A stretch of DNA of 64,000 nt from an uncultured Gammaproteobacteria bacterium (GCA_964537905.1 CAZICU010000001.1:15046-79045), one strand, 5' to 3'. Numbered from the stretch's first letter, positions 36,240 to 46,505 are shown. The notes: generated by a model from the sequence alone, not told the origin. Program-made: numbers and translations.

Positions 36240-37394
36240 CTAGCTATTTACTATCTTCACTATTCTCTCCCCTAATTCTTCAAATTCTTTTTCTTTCCAC
36301 CCCTTAGTCGTCATAGCTGGCGTTCCAATTCGAATTCCTGATGGTTTTAACGGGCTTCCTTGCTCATGTGGAATAGTATTAGCATTACACACAATCCCAT
36401 TGTCTTCTAATTTTATTGCCATTTCCTTACCTTTTTCTTTACCCATATCTACCACCATCAAATGATTTTCTGTACCAAACACTCTCAATCCATTTTTCTT
36501 TAAAGTTTCTGCCAATATTTGAGCATTTTTAACTACTTGTTTGGCATAATCTTTAAACTCTTGAGTATCTGCCTCGGCAAAAGCCACCGCTAAAGCCGCA
36601 ATATTATTTTCATGAGGCCCACCTTGCATCCCCGGAAACACTGCCTTGTCAATTTTTTCCGCCAATTTAAGGTCTTTTTCCAAGCCTTTTTTAGTTACTC
36701 CTATAAATGCTCCTCGTGGTCCTCGTAAACTTTTATGAGTCGTACTCATAATTAAATGAACATAAGGTACTGGACTGGGGTGAACTCCACCCACAATTAA
36801 GCCAATAATATGTGACACATCAGCTACCAACCAAGATCCCACTTTATCAGCAATTTCTCCAAATCTTTTAAAATCCAAAATCCACGGGTAAGCCGTTGTT
36901 CCCGCCATAATCATTTTAGGTTTTTCTGCCAGTACCAATTCTTCTAATTTGTCATAATCAATTCGCCCATCTTCTTCTACATTATACTGGACACTTTCAA
37001 AATATTTTCCCGAAAAAGTAATCTTTGGATGACCATGAGTCAAATGACCTCCAGCCGATAATTTAAGTCCACAAATTTTATCCCCTCTTTCCAGAAGCGC
37101 CATTTGAATGGCACTATTGGCTGGACTGCCAGAATATGGTTGGACATTTAAATGTTCTACTCCCAACAATTTTTTACCCCTATCAATGGCTAAATTTTCT
37201 ACTTCATCAATAAATTTATTTCCTTGATAATAGCGTCGACCTGAATAACCTTCGGCATATTTATTAGTCAAACAACTTCCCAAAGCCATTTTAACTTCTT
37301 CTGAAGCAAAATTTTCTGATGGAATCAAAGACACTACTGAATCTTGCCTTTCTTGTTCTTTTTGAATTAAATCTCTAATTTGTTTATCGATCAT
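36240..37394 (-). CDS. glyA: Serine hydroxymethyltransferase
   Basis: SENFASEEV, GGHLTHGHP, PLP-Lys region STTHKSLRGPRG. Confidence 0.9.
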   Translation of the reverse strand: MIDKQIRDLIQKEQERQDSVVSLIPSENFASEEVKMALGSCLTNKYAEGYSGRRYYQGNKFIDEVENLAIDRGKKLLGVEHLNVQPYSGSPANSAIQMALLERGDKICGLKLSAGGHLTHGHPKITFSGKYFESVQYNVEEDGRIDYDKLEELVLAEKPKMIMAGTTAYPWILDFKRFGEIADKVGSWLVADVSHIIGLIVGGVHPSPVPYVHLIMSTTHKSLRGPRGAFIGVTKKGLEKDLKLAEKIDKAVFPGMQGGPHENNIAALAVAFAEADTQEFKDYAKQVVKNAQILAETLKKNGLRVFGTENHLMVVDMGKEKGKEMAIKLEDNGIVCNANTIPHEQGSPLKPSGIRIGTPAMTTKGWKEKEFEELGERIVKIVNS

Positions 37395-37460
37395 AAAACT
37401 CCTTTTTTAAAAAACTAACTCAAAACCAGCAATCTAAACTCTCTATATCATGAATTCATT

Positions 37461-38150
37461 TTACAACAAATTTCTTCTCTTTAATTCATTCCAAATAATC
37501 TGATTAATTTCTTCCATTGGAAGTAATTTATTATCTCGACAACAATCAATAATCACCCATCTTTCAGGTTCTTTATCTACCATTTTTTTATATTCCTTAG
37601 CTGTTTCCATTTGATGATTAAAATTTGCTTCAGCCTGATCCATTACTTCTTTTCCTGTATAATTTCTTTTGGCTTTTTTTAAAACATTTTCTCGACAAAT
37701 TTCTGGCTCTACTGACATTACTAATATCAAATCTGGTTTAATAATTCCCATTTGATTATAACCAGCTTCCCAAAGCCAATTAGCATATTCTTCTCTTTGG
37801 TTTTCTGGTTTTTTAGCAATTTGATGAACATTTGAAGTAAAATATCTGTTCGATACTACCATTTTTCCTTTTTTCAACGCTGGTCCAATTATTCTTTTAC
37901 TTCCATCAGTTTCATCCAACATATACGGCAAAACAGCTAAATAAGGGCTAATGGTAAATAACTCTCCAAACTCTCCAGTCAATAATCGACCCGCCTGTTT
38001 TCCCCAAAAACTTGTTTCATAGTGAGGATAATCATCAGTTACCACGTCAATTCCCTCTTTTTTTAATCTTTCTACCAGTAATTCTGTTTGTGTTCCTTTT
38101 CCAGAACCATCAATCCCCTCAAGAACAATAAATTTTCCTTTAGTTTTCAT
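37461..38150 (-). CDS. tmk: Thymidylate kinase
   Basis: FIVLEGIDGSGKGTQ P-loop, DRY-like SNRYFTS region. Confidence 0.85.
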   Translation of the reverse strand: MKTKGKFIVLEGIDGSGKGTQTELLVERLKKEGIDVVTDDYPHYETSFWGKQAGRLLTGEFGELFTISPYLAVLPYMLDETDGSKRIIGPALKKGKMVVSNRYFTSNVHQIAKKPENQREEYANWLWEAGYNQMGIIKPDLILVMSVEPEICRENVLKKAKRNYTGKEVMDQAEANFNHQMETAKEYKKMVDKEPERWVIIDCCRDNKLLPMEEINQIIWNELKRRNLL

Positions 38151-38859
38151 CTTTTAATTTGGCTCCTTTAATATTTTTCCAAATACCACAAGACATTTTT
38201 CCTTGGTCGCAAATTTTTTCCGATACACATGGTGGACCGGCATTTTCAAAAATAATTGGCGCCACTTCTTTAACCAAATCCAACATTTGTTTAGCCACTT
38301 CTCTTATTTCCCACTGAGCTCTAGTGCATGATCTGACACTAAAGAAATGCAATAATTCTCGAGCATTCATTGTCATTACTATTTTTACTTGTACTGATTG
38401 TGGTTGACAAAATCTGGCATCTTCAGCCGGAATTCCGGCATCAATCAATTCATTGTAAAGTTCTTGGGAATTTTCTAAATGTTTCAAATATTTTTCCAAC
38501 AACTTTTTATTTTCCAAGTTTCTAATTTTTGGTGGCACCCTGTAAGCCGCATCTCCTCGTTTGACATATCTTCCCGATTGAATCGAAAACGAAGCAATTC
38601 TGTGACGAATCAAATGAATTTCTGTCACTCGGCTTACTCCGTCGATGGCAAAAGTAAAACTAGCATGTTCCAATGTTGACGTATGTCCCGAACTAATTAC
38701 CTGTTTTATTAATCTTCGTTTAACTTCTTCTGTTGTTTTTTCCTTTAGTTCTTTAGCTCCCACCGAAGCATAACATTGTCTAATCGCCGCCACTACATTC
38801 TGCTCTGGATCAGAGGTATAACCTATTAACTCTACTTTAAGTTTATCTTCTTTTGCCAT
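38140..38859 (-). CDS. thyX: Flavin-dependent thymidylate synthase ThyX
   Basis: ThyX signature RHRIASFSIQSGRY (RHRxxSxxxxSxR). Confidence 0.85.
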   Translation of the reverse strand: MAKEDKLKVELIGYTSDPEQNVVAAIRQCYASVGAKELKEKTTEEVKRRLIKQVISSGHTSTLEHASFTFAIDGVSRVTEIHLIRHRIASFSIQSGRYVKRGDAAYRVPPKIRNLENKKLLEKYLKHLENSQELYNELIDAGIPAEDARFCQPQSVQVKIVMTMNARELLHFFSVRSCTRAQWEIREVAKQMLDLVKEVAPIIFENAGPPCVSEKICDQGKMSCGIWKNIKGAKLKDEN

Positions 38860-38943
38860 TAACCATTTTTTCCAAATTTTTAACTCTGAACCAATTTAAT
38901 CTAAAAACCAATTTTATTCAATTCACTAAAACTAGGTCAAGTA

Positions 38944-39888
38944 TTAACAAAACGGACACTTTTCTCCCATATACCAGCAACCACATTTTTCACATTCTTT
39001 ATATCCATCTGGTACTTCTCCAAATTTCACTTGACCATCAGCCAAAATATAATAACCAATTTTTTCCCCAAACTCACCTATTCTAGTTGTAACTGCACAT
39101 CCATAACTATCTACTTGAGATACTTTTTGCATTTCTCCATACATATAATTTCTCAAATCATATCTACTTAAAACTTCACCACCTTTAATCATATATCCCT
39201 TAGATATTGCCTTATAACAAGCTGAATATAATCGAAAAATTAAATTAGAATTTTCTGTTAATTTTTGACCAAAATTATCTTTAAATTCATTTATATAATC
39301 TTTAACTACGCTTTCAATTAACTCCATACTACAAGAATTTTTTACTTCACTTAATCTAAACAAATCAAATAATTCATTTAATTTTAAATCTGAACTAATA
39401 GGAGAGGCTAAAATTTTAAAATTATCTTCTACTTTTGGTTCTCCAGATAAAAATGATCTTATTTGATTCATACTTTCAAAATCATTTTTAACTACAATTC
39501 TATTCCAAACAACTCGACCATCATCTACTACTCGCCAAAAATCAACACAATCACTTGGATAATAATATTTTTCATTTTTTGGACTAAATCCAATCCATGT
39601 TGAATCAGGATTTTCTCTCAAACCTTGTTCAATCTTTCTTATCGATTCAATTTCTTCATTCCTTCCCCCTCTAGCTGTCAACTCTACTATTTTCTGACCC
39701 GATTTAGGATCATACAAATTACCCTCATCATCAACTCGATATTCCAAAGTAAACTGAACCATTCCAAAATCTTCTGCTAGCTGAGTTTTTAATTCCTGAG
39801 CCAAATTCTCTCTTCTCCCCGACTCGTCAAGTCTTTCTAAAAATTTTTTTTCTTTTTCTGGTGAAAACCCAGTTGTTTCTTGATTCAT
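38944..39888 (-). CDS. Uncharacterised protein with C-terminal CxxC...CxxC zinc ribbon (ATG at 39888; ORF track uses TTG at 39903)
   Basis: No family recognised. Sits between the pduO-like gene and thyX, immediately downstream of a cobalamin-riboswitch-like element. SD GGAGAG 8 nt before ATG. Confidence 0.45.
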   Translation of the reverse strand: MNQETTGFSPEKEKKFLERLDESGRRENLAQELKTQLAEDFGMVQFTLEYRVDDEGNLYDPKSGQKIVELTARGGRNEEIESIRKIEQGLRENPDSTWIGFSPKNEKYYYPSDCVDFWRVVDDGRVVWNRIVVKNDFESMNQIRSFLSGEPKVEDNFKILASPISSDLKLNELFDLFRLSEVKNSCSMELIESVVKDYINEFKDNFGQKLTENSNLIFRLYSACYKAISKGYMIKGGEVLSRYDLRNYMYGEMQKVSQVDSYGCAVTTRIGEFGEKIGYYILADGQVKFGEVPDGYKECEKCGCWYMGEKCPFC

Positions 39889-39904
39889 ATTTTTACTCTC
39901 CAAA

Positions 39905-40075
39905 TTGCTTACAACTTGGTCCTCGACTTTAGTCGGGATGCTCGAAAGTTTTGGTCATCCGGCTTCGACCGACGAAGCTTTGCGAAGGCGGTTTTTACAC
40001 CCCCATCTTTGCTCCGACAATCACACGGTTGCGGCACAGCTCAGGATTCTAACCTGATTCCCCATCACCCGCCAT
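39905..40075 (-). promoter_or_regulatory. Candidate cobalamin (B12) riboswitch, compact variant, with expression platform hairpins
   Basis: Minus-strand RNA AUGGGGAAUCAGGUUAGAAUCCUGAGCUGUGCCGCAACCGUGUGA matches the cobalamin core (GGGAA..GGUG.AAUCC...C.G..CCCGC.ACUGU.A). A canonical B12 box is not obvious. P1 GGCGG/CCGCC. Downstream alternative pairings CUUCG/CGAAG. Confidence 0.5.
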
Positions 40076-40114
40076 AGTTTTAACGACAGCGGGCATTAAT
40101 AATTTATTTTATCA

Positions 40115-40612
40115 CTAAAATTTTGATCTCCACATAAAATATAAAAATTTTGAAGTTCTATTAAAATAAGTCAAAATATTTTCATCAAATTTTAATCCCT
40201 CTTCCTCTTCTCTAACTAATTTTAGAGTTACCACTCTTGTTTCTGCTTCTCTACAAGCAGTTCGACATAAATTAATTCTTGATTCTATTTCATTTTCACC
40301 TGGAATTAAAAAACTATCTAAATTGCCAATTCTATTTTGAAAAACCATAATATCTTCATCCAATTCACCTATTCTTTTTTTTCCATTTTTCCACTCACTA
40401 CCAGTAAATAAATTCCCCATCACTTCACGTAAATCACTTTGAATTTGTTTAAGTTTTCCATTTTCTTTTTTATTTTCTAAAACCACTCTTGCCAAACCTA
40501 ATCTTGCCTGAAATTCATCAATTCCTCCTACTGCTTTTACGAATGGCGAATCTTTATTTACATCAAGTAAACATTCTCCACAAGTTATTCCTTTATCTCC
40601 TTTTTCACTCAT
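40115..40612 (-). CDS. ATP:cob(I)alamin adenosyltransferase, PduO/MMAB type
   Basis: N-terminal MSEKGDKGITCGE...AVGGIDEFQARLGLAR mirrors the PduO motif (TGDKGETSL...G.VDELNS.IGLAR). Confidence 0.7.
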   Translation of the reverse strand: MSEKGDKGITCGECLLDVNKDSPFVKAVGGIDEFQARLGLARVVLENKKENGKLKQIQSDLREVMGNLFTGSEWKNGKKRIGELDEDIMVFQNRIGNLDSFLIPGENEIESRINLCRTACREAETRVVTLKLVREEEEGLKFDENILTYFNRTSKFLYFMWRSKF

Positions 40613-40673
40613 AATTTTATATATAATTTTAATTTTATTAGATTTTTAATATTTTAATTTAAAAATTAAAAAT

Positions 40674-43181
40674 TTATGAGCATTTTGAATAACCACAAAA
40701 CACATTTGTACATTTAAAACAGCCTTCTTCAGCTCGAAGTGGACTACCACAATCAGGACAAGCTCCAAATTTAGTTTCTGCCTGAGTCAACTCATCATTA
40801 CTTTTAACTACATCTATTTGATTTAAATCATTTTGATCACCAAAAATACTTAATTGTTCACCTCGAGAAATTTCCAAAACCGATTTACCAACTGCATCAA
40901 ACATACTCAAAACTGCTCCATTTCCCATTCCTGTTTTTTGCCCACAAGAAATTCCAATTAATTCACCCGAAATTTCATCTAAATTTGCCCCGTATTTCAA
41001 AGCCAAAGAAGCTAATCTTCCAGTCACTTCTGCCGAAGCCGCTAAATATCCTCCAGATTTACCTAAATTAACAAAAACTTCTACTGGACCATCCCCTTCT
41101 TCGTAAAAAATCGAAGTATAAACGCTACCCACATCACATTTTTTCTTGACTCTAATACCACTTGCCACGATTGGTGTTGCTTTTTTCTTTGGTGGTGCAA
41201 CAATCATTTTTTCCTCATTTTTTTCATCTTTACTTTTTATCTTTTGAATTATTTCAGAAGATCTTGAACCACTTCTATAAATAGTAATTCCTTTAGTTCC
41301 TAGAGAGTAAGACTTTAAATAAGCTTTTCTTACATCATCCACTGTCGCTGTTTCTGGTAAATTAATTGTCTTTGACACTGCATTATCAGTAAATTCTTGA
41401 AAGGCCGCCTGAACTTTTATATGCCATTCTGGATCAATTTCTAATGCTGTTGTAAAAACTTTTTTAATATCTTCAGGAACTTCATCTATTCCCTTCAAAA
41501 TTCCCCCATTTTTAACAACCTTTTCTATTAATTCTTCAGAATAAATTCCTCTTGTTTTCAATTCTTCTATCAGAACTGCATTTAAATAATAAAGTGTCTT
41601 TCCTTCAACTGTATTTTTTTGATATCCCAAAGAAAATACTGGTTCAATCCCTGAACTAGCATCCGCCAAAACACTAATTGTTCCTGTTGGAGCAATTGTC
41701 GTCAAAGACATATTTCTTGGTTTATAATCAGTTCCAGCAAACAAACTTACTTCCCATGATGGGAATACACCTCTGGTTTTAGCCAATTCACAAGTTGCTT
41801 CTCTGGCCGATTCAGTCACAAATTTCATTATTTTCTTAGCCCAAGCAATTCCTTCTTCTGAATCATATTTCACTCCTAATTTAAATAAAGTATCCGCAAA
41901 ACCCATCACCCCAAATCCAATTCTTCTAAATTTACTCACTGTTTCCCTAATTTTTTGAACTGGAAATTCATTTATTTCCACTACGTTATCTAAAAAATGC
42001 ACCCCCATAAAAATTACTTTCTTTAATTCCTCCCAATTAATATCGCCCTTTTTAAGGGAGATGTCAGCACTAGCTGACAGAGGGTTTTGAAGGACGAACT
42101 TTGCCAAATTTACACTCCCTAAATTACAGGCATCATAGGGCAAAAGTGGTTGTTCTCCACATGGATTAGTCGCTTCAATTCGACCCACACTTGGTACTGG
42201 ATTTGAAGTTTTATCATTCATTCTATCAATAAAAACCAAACCTGGATCACCAAATTGCCAAGCCAATCTCGTCACTAAATTAAAAACTTTATAAGCATTT
42301 AATTTCATTGTTGCCTCTTTAGTTCTAGGATTTATTAGTTCATATCCTTCACCTTCTTGAGTTGCTTTTGCCCAATCATAAAGTTTTTTAGTGCCTGCTT
42401 CTATTTCTCTTAATCTAACCTCTGTATTACGACTTCCTTCGGCTTGTCTTATTTCTTCTACTATATCTTCTGGAACTAAATCGTCAGTCACAAATTTTTT
42501 GTCCGACTCAATTTTACTCATAAAAACATCCGTCACCGCCAAAGAAATATTGAAATTAGTCAAAGTCCATTCGTCTAATTTTGATACTGCAAATCTTAAT
42601 ACATCAGGATGATCAATCGACAACATTCCCATATTAGCCCCTCGTCTCATTCCTCCTTGTTTAATTTGAGCTGTTACATCATTATAAGCTTGCATAAAAC
42701 TCACCGGTCCAACAGTCGTTCCTCCACTCGACTTAATATAATCACCACTTGGTCTTAATCTCGAAAAAGAAAAACCAGTTCCTCCACCACTTTTATGAAT
42801 CATGGCCATATTTGTCATGGTTTCTAAGATTGATTCCATTGAATCATCAATTGGCAGCACAAAACAACCTGACAATTGTTGATGTGTTCCACCAGCATTT
42901 ACCAAACAAGGAGTATTTGGCAAAAATTTCTGTTCTGCCATCAAATAATAAAAATCCTTCGATAATGCTTCAATTTCTGTCTCACTTTTACCAAAGTTTT
43001 TATCTCCTCCAGCTATTGCTCTAGCCACCCTCCAAAAAATATCTTTTACCTTTTCATAAGCTTTTCCTTCCTCATTTTTTCTGGAATATCTTGTTTCTGC
43101 AATATATTTAGCATTTTCCGACAATTGCGGTTCCATTAATCCTTGATTATTAATATTTTGACGAATATCTGTATCTGTCAT
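40674..43181 (-). CDS. nrdJ: Adenosylcobalamin-dependent ribonucleotide reductase (class II, NrdJ) with C-terminal zinc ribbon
   Basis: LSGCFVLPIDDSMESI, catalytic NPCGEQPLLPYDACNLGSVNL, C-terminal CPDCG..CFKC. Confidence 0.9.
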   Translation of the reverse strand: MTDTDIRQNINNQGLMEPQLSENAKYIAETRYSRKNEEGKAYEKVKDIFWRVARAIAGGDKNFGKSETEIEALSKDFYYLMAEQKFLPNTPCLVNAGGTHQQLSGCFVLPIDDSMESILETMTNMAMIHKSGGGTGFSFSRLRPSGDYIKSSGGTTVGPVSFMQAYNDVTAQIKQGGMRRGANMGMLSIDHPDVLRFAVSKLDEWTLTNFNISLAVTDVFMSKIESDKKFVTDDLVPEDIVEEIRQAEGSRNTEVRLREIEAGTKKLYDWAKATQEGEGYELINPRTKEATMKLNAYKVFNLVTRLAWQFGDPGLVFIDRMNDKTSNPVPSVGRIEATNPCGEQPLLPYDACNLGSVNLAKFVLQNPLSASADISLKKGDINWEELKKVIFMGVHFLDNVVEINEFPVQKIRETVSKFRRIGFGVMGFADTLFKLGVKYDSEEGIAWAKKIMKFVTESAREATCELAKTRGVFPSWEVSLFAGTDYKPRNMSLTTIAPTGTISVLADASSGIEPVFSLGYQKNTVEGKTLYYLNAVLIEELKTRGIYSEELIEKVVKNGGILKGIDEVPEDIKKVFTTALEIDPEWHIKVQAAFQEFTDNAVSKTINLPETATVDDVRKAYLKSYSLGTKGITIYRSGSRSSEIIQKIKSKDEKNEEKMIVAPPKKKATPIVASGIRVKKKCDVGSVYTSIFYEEGDGPVEVFVNLGKSGGYLAASAEVTGRLASLALKYGANLDEISGELIGISCGQKTGMGNGAVLSMFDAVGKSVLEISRGEQLSIFGDQNDLNQIDVVKSNDELTQAETKFGACPDCGSPLRAEEGCFKCTNVFCGYSKCS

Positions 43182-43624
43182 TTTTTCTTAAATTCAACTA
43201 ATAATTTTTTAAATTCTTCAATAGAATTTAGGTCTAAATAAACCGAGGCAAATCGAATGTAAGCCATTGGATCAACTCCTTTTAATTTTTCCATCAACAT
43301 TTTTCCAATTTCTCGTGACGGAATTTCAATATCCTTCCAATTCAAAAGTTTCATTTCAATTTCATCAATAATTTTTTCTCTCTCCTCAGCTGTCATCCGC
43401 CAACAAGCTTTTTCCAAACACCTTTCTAGTTTATTTCTTGAATAATCTTCTACTTTTCCTGATTTTTTAATTACTTTTAAGCTGATATTTTCCACTCTTT
43501 CATAAGTTGTAAACCGCTTTTTACATTTAACACATTCCCGTCGTCGTCGAGTCGCTTTTCCATCCTCTGCCTCACGACTTTCCAACACATTACTTTCATC
43601 AAAACCGCAATATGGACAAATCAT
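43178..43624 (-). CDS. nrdR: Transcriptional repressor NrdR
   Basis: MICPYCGFDESNVLESR...RRRECVKCKKRFTTYE zinc ribbon plus ATP-cone. Confidence 0.9.
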   Translation of the reverse strand: MICPYCGFDESNVLESREAEDGKATRRRRECVKCKKRFTTYERVENISLKVIKKSGKVEDYSRNKLERCLEKACWRMTAEEREKIIDEIEMKLLNWKDIEIPSREIGKMLMEKLKGVDPMAYIRFASVYLDLNSIEEFKKLLVEFKKK

Positions 43625-43668
43625 ATATTTTCGTCTAAGTTTTCAGCTTATTTTAAATTTTTAATAAA

Positions 43669-43684
43669 CCACTATTGCTAGTGT
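43669..43684. promoter_or_regulatory. NrdR-box-like palindrome ccACTAttgcTAGTGt upstream of nrdR
   Basis: Compare consensus acACTAtatatAGTGt. A second box is not clearly found. Confidence 0.35.
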
Positions 43685-43870
43685 GTACGCAACATAATAC
43701 ACGCTACCCTTAGACACCAACAATACCACAAACCATATCAACTTTTTTTCTTGCGCCAATTTCGCGGTGAATAAATTTTTAGTTTCCCAAAAGTTTCCAA
43801 ACCGCATATCCAAAACAACCACAAGCAAAAATAAACCAAATTATTTCCATCGTTTTATTAATTTTTTCTT

Positions 43871-46405
43871 TTATTTTATTTTTCCTAACCATTTTCTTAT
43901 TTGTCTTTTAATATAAACCAAAGACATTAATAATAATAATAAATAAGCCAAAGTTTCTTTTTTAACTACTTTAATATCATCATTAATTGGACTTTCATAA
44001 ACATAATCATCTTCCGCTCCCAACACTTGTCCTCTCTCTAAAACTATTTTTCTTTTTACCCAAAAATTAGTTTCCGCCACATTTGAGCTGACTTCATTAT
44101 TATTTTCGTCTAATCCTACAATCCAAGTTTTAGTAGTGTATTTACCTCCAGCTTCACTCATCACCATTCCAAAATCCATTTTACCGGCTCTATTAATCTC
44201 AATATCTCCTAAATATAAACCATTTTCTGACCATAAATTTCCCTGTTCATCAAAAATTTGATGAATCAAAATTGCTTCCTTCATTTTTCCCTCTCCCACG
44301 TTTTTTACTTCAATCAAAAAAGTCACCGTATCATTTGGTAAGACATAATTATTAACATTATTTTTTGCTTCCAACACTATTTTTGTTTGGCGATCAGAAA
44401 CGTTGTTTTTGCTTTCCTCATTTTGTTCCCTTTTTTCAATTATCGGATACCAAATTATTGTTGCCCAAACACTTTGATTATTATTTAAATTAGATTCAGT
44501 TGTTTTTGTCTGAACCATGGCTAATATCTCTACCTGAACATCTTTTTTTTCTAATCCATCAAGTTTTGCCGTCAAATTAAAACTATTGTTAGTATTAGCC
44601 GCTAAATTATTTATTTTCCATTTTAATTTATTTCCTTCTCGTACCAATGGTAAACCACTATTATCAGCGACATAAATAAGTTCTTTTGGTAAATCAATTT
44701 CCAAATCTGCTTCATTTGCTATTTCATATCCCAAATTACTATAATTTATTAGATAAATTATTTCCTCTCCACTTTGACCACCTTTCTTGTCAGCACTCAA
44801 ACCCACTGTCAAATCCGGATAAGCAAAAATTATATCCCCTTTCCAATTACCCAAAACATTTATCATTCCCCAAAACCAATCACTCCCCCAAACATTTACA
44901 TTTATTAAATTAGTTAAATTAGCAATTGACCACGCCGACCCACTATTAATAGTACCGTTATTAGCTCCACTTATTTGATTTCCGCCTGAATCCGCCGTCA
45001 CTAAAATTGAATTATTTACTTGAGCGATATTATTATTTATTATCAAATCATTTTCATTCTGACAATTTAAACATCCATCCTCATTTAATACAAACAAAAG
45101 TTGATTATTACTAATGTCTTCAACTGATCCTGGAAAACTCCAATTATAAATTTTACCGCTACTTTCCCCTAAAACATTTAACTGTAACCACATCTGGTTG
45201 TTCACTTCAGCATTTAAATTTATTACCGACAAATCATTACTATAAGCCTGAGCCGTTCCTGTTTCAATCGTTGAATTATTTACATTTATGGTTGCATTAT
45301 TGCCACTATTTGAATCCGTAACAACCGTATTATTCAAAACCGCTTGATTATTATTTATCGTCACCGATCCATCTGAATTGCCACTAATTTCCCTTGTTTG
45401 GAATTTTTCCGGATTAGGTAAAACAATATCGCCTAAATTTTCTCCCAACACATTGATCACTCCAATAAAAAATTGGCCTCCAACCAAATTTGTATTTACT
45501 AAATTAATTACATTAGCCACCGCTGTTGCCTTTCCCGTCACTATTAAAACTTCATCTCCTCCAACCACAGTATTATTTCCACTGGTCGCTACCACTGTCA
45601 CCACATTATTTAAATTAGCCAAATTTTTATTACTAATAATCACCATTTTTTCATCATTTGATCCGGCTTCAATTATCATTGCTCCCTCTCCTGCCATTAA
45701 CTTTAACCACATTTGATTTAAATCCAAATTGGCCCATTCTTGGTCAAAATTATTAATTAAATAAATTCCTAAATTTGTCCCTACCACATTAGTATTTATC
45801 AAATTAATCACATTAGCATAGGCATTTGCCTCACCACTATTTACTGAAACATTAGCCTTACTAGTTATTGTTTCATTTTCTCCAGTGGTCGCTAATGATT
45901 CATTTTCTGTTGTTACTTCAGCTTGATTATTATTTTCTATTTTCTCCACTTCAGATTTTATTTCTTCCTCGGAAGTATCAATTATTGTTGTTGCCACCTC
46001 TAAATTATTTGTATTAACTTGATTCTGATTTGTTGTTCCCGCCGTCGCTCCACCAGTATCAATATTTATCTCCGTATCATTGTCATTACTGCTTTGATTT
46101 TCTCCAGTGGTTGCCACTGAATTATTCTCCACTTCTAAATTAGCTTGATTATTATTTTGATTACTACAATCTATTTCCAATTGACAACCATCAACCGTTC
46201 CTGTCGTTTTTCCTGAATTATTATTAACCTCATTATTCGATTCTACTTCAGCCACTGCCTCTCCAGTAACAATTGACTGCTCTGCTATCGGAATTTCTGT
46301 TGTTTCAGATGTCACTTGTGGTGGTACTTCGGATGATACCTCTGTCGTTTCTTCGGCTTGAATTGGTGACCACAAAAATCCCCATAGCAGAAAAATCAAA
46401 CTCAA
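43871..46405 (-). CDS. Large secreted/cell-surface protein (844 aa): signal peptide, E/T/N-rich region, 4 copies of a ~45-aa A(N/Y)ANVINL(I/V)NTN(V/L)VG module, C-terminal hydrophobic anchor
   Basis: ORF; internal repeats read from the translation. C-terminal LAYLLLLLMSLVYIKRQIRK anchor. Confidence 0.55.
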   Translation of the reverse strand: MSLIFLLWGFLWSPIQAEETTEVSSEVPPQVTSETTEIPIAEQSIVTGEAVAEVESNNEVNNNSGKTTGTVDGCQLEIDCSNQNNNQANLEVENNSVATTGENQSSNDNDTEINIDTGGATAGTTNQNQVNTNNLEVATTIIDTSEEEIKSEVEKIENNNQAEVTTENESLATTGENETITSKANVSVNSGEANAYANVINLINTNVVGTNLGIYLINNFDQEWANLDLNQMWLKLMAGEGAMIIEAGSNDEKMVIISNKNLANLNNVVTVVATSGNNTVVGGDEVLIVTGKATAVANVINLVNTNLVGGQFFIGVINVLGENLGDIVLPNPEKFQTREISGNSDGSVTINNNQAVLNNTVVTDSNSGNNATINVNNSTIETGTAQAYSNDLSVINLNAEVNNQMWLQLNVLGESSGKIYNWSFPGSVEDISNNQLLFVLNEDGCLNCQNENDLIINNNIAQVNNSILVTADSGGNQISGANNGTINSGSAWSIANLTNLINVNVWGSDWFWGMINVLGNWKGDIIFAYPDLTVGLSADKKGGQSGEEIIYLINYSNLGYEIANEADLEIDLPKELIYVADNSGLPLVREGNKLKWKINNLAANTNNSFNLTAKLDGLEKKDVQVEILAMVQTKTTESNLNNNQSVWATIIWYPIIEKREQNEESKNNVSDRQTKIVLEAKNNVNNYVLPNDTVTFLIEVKNVGEGKMKEAILIHQIFDEQGNLWSENGLYLGDIEINRAGKMDFGMVMSEAGGKYTTKTWIVGLDENNNEVSSNVAETNFWVKRKIVLERGQVLGAEDDYVYESPINDDIKVVKKETLAYLLLLLMSLVYIKRQIRKWLGKIK

Positions 46406-46454
46406 AACCCAAAATATCTTTTTGGTTATAATTTTAAAAATAAATTTTATTTTC

Positions 46455-46480
46455 CCTCATCCACCGGAAGTTCCCTCCCG
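46455..46480 (-). terminator. Hairpin ccaccgg-N10-ccggtgg between the two surface-protein genes
   Basis: 7-bp GC stem followed by A/T-rich run on the transcribed strand. Confidence 0.35.
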
Positions 46481-46505
46481 GTGGATTTAAGAAACAAACT
46501 TTTAG

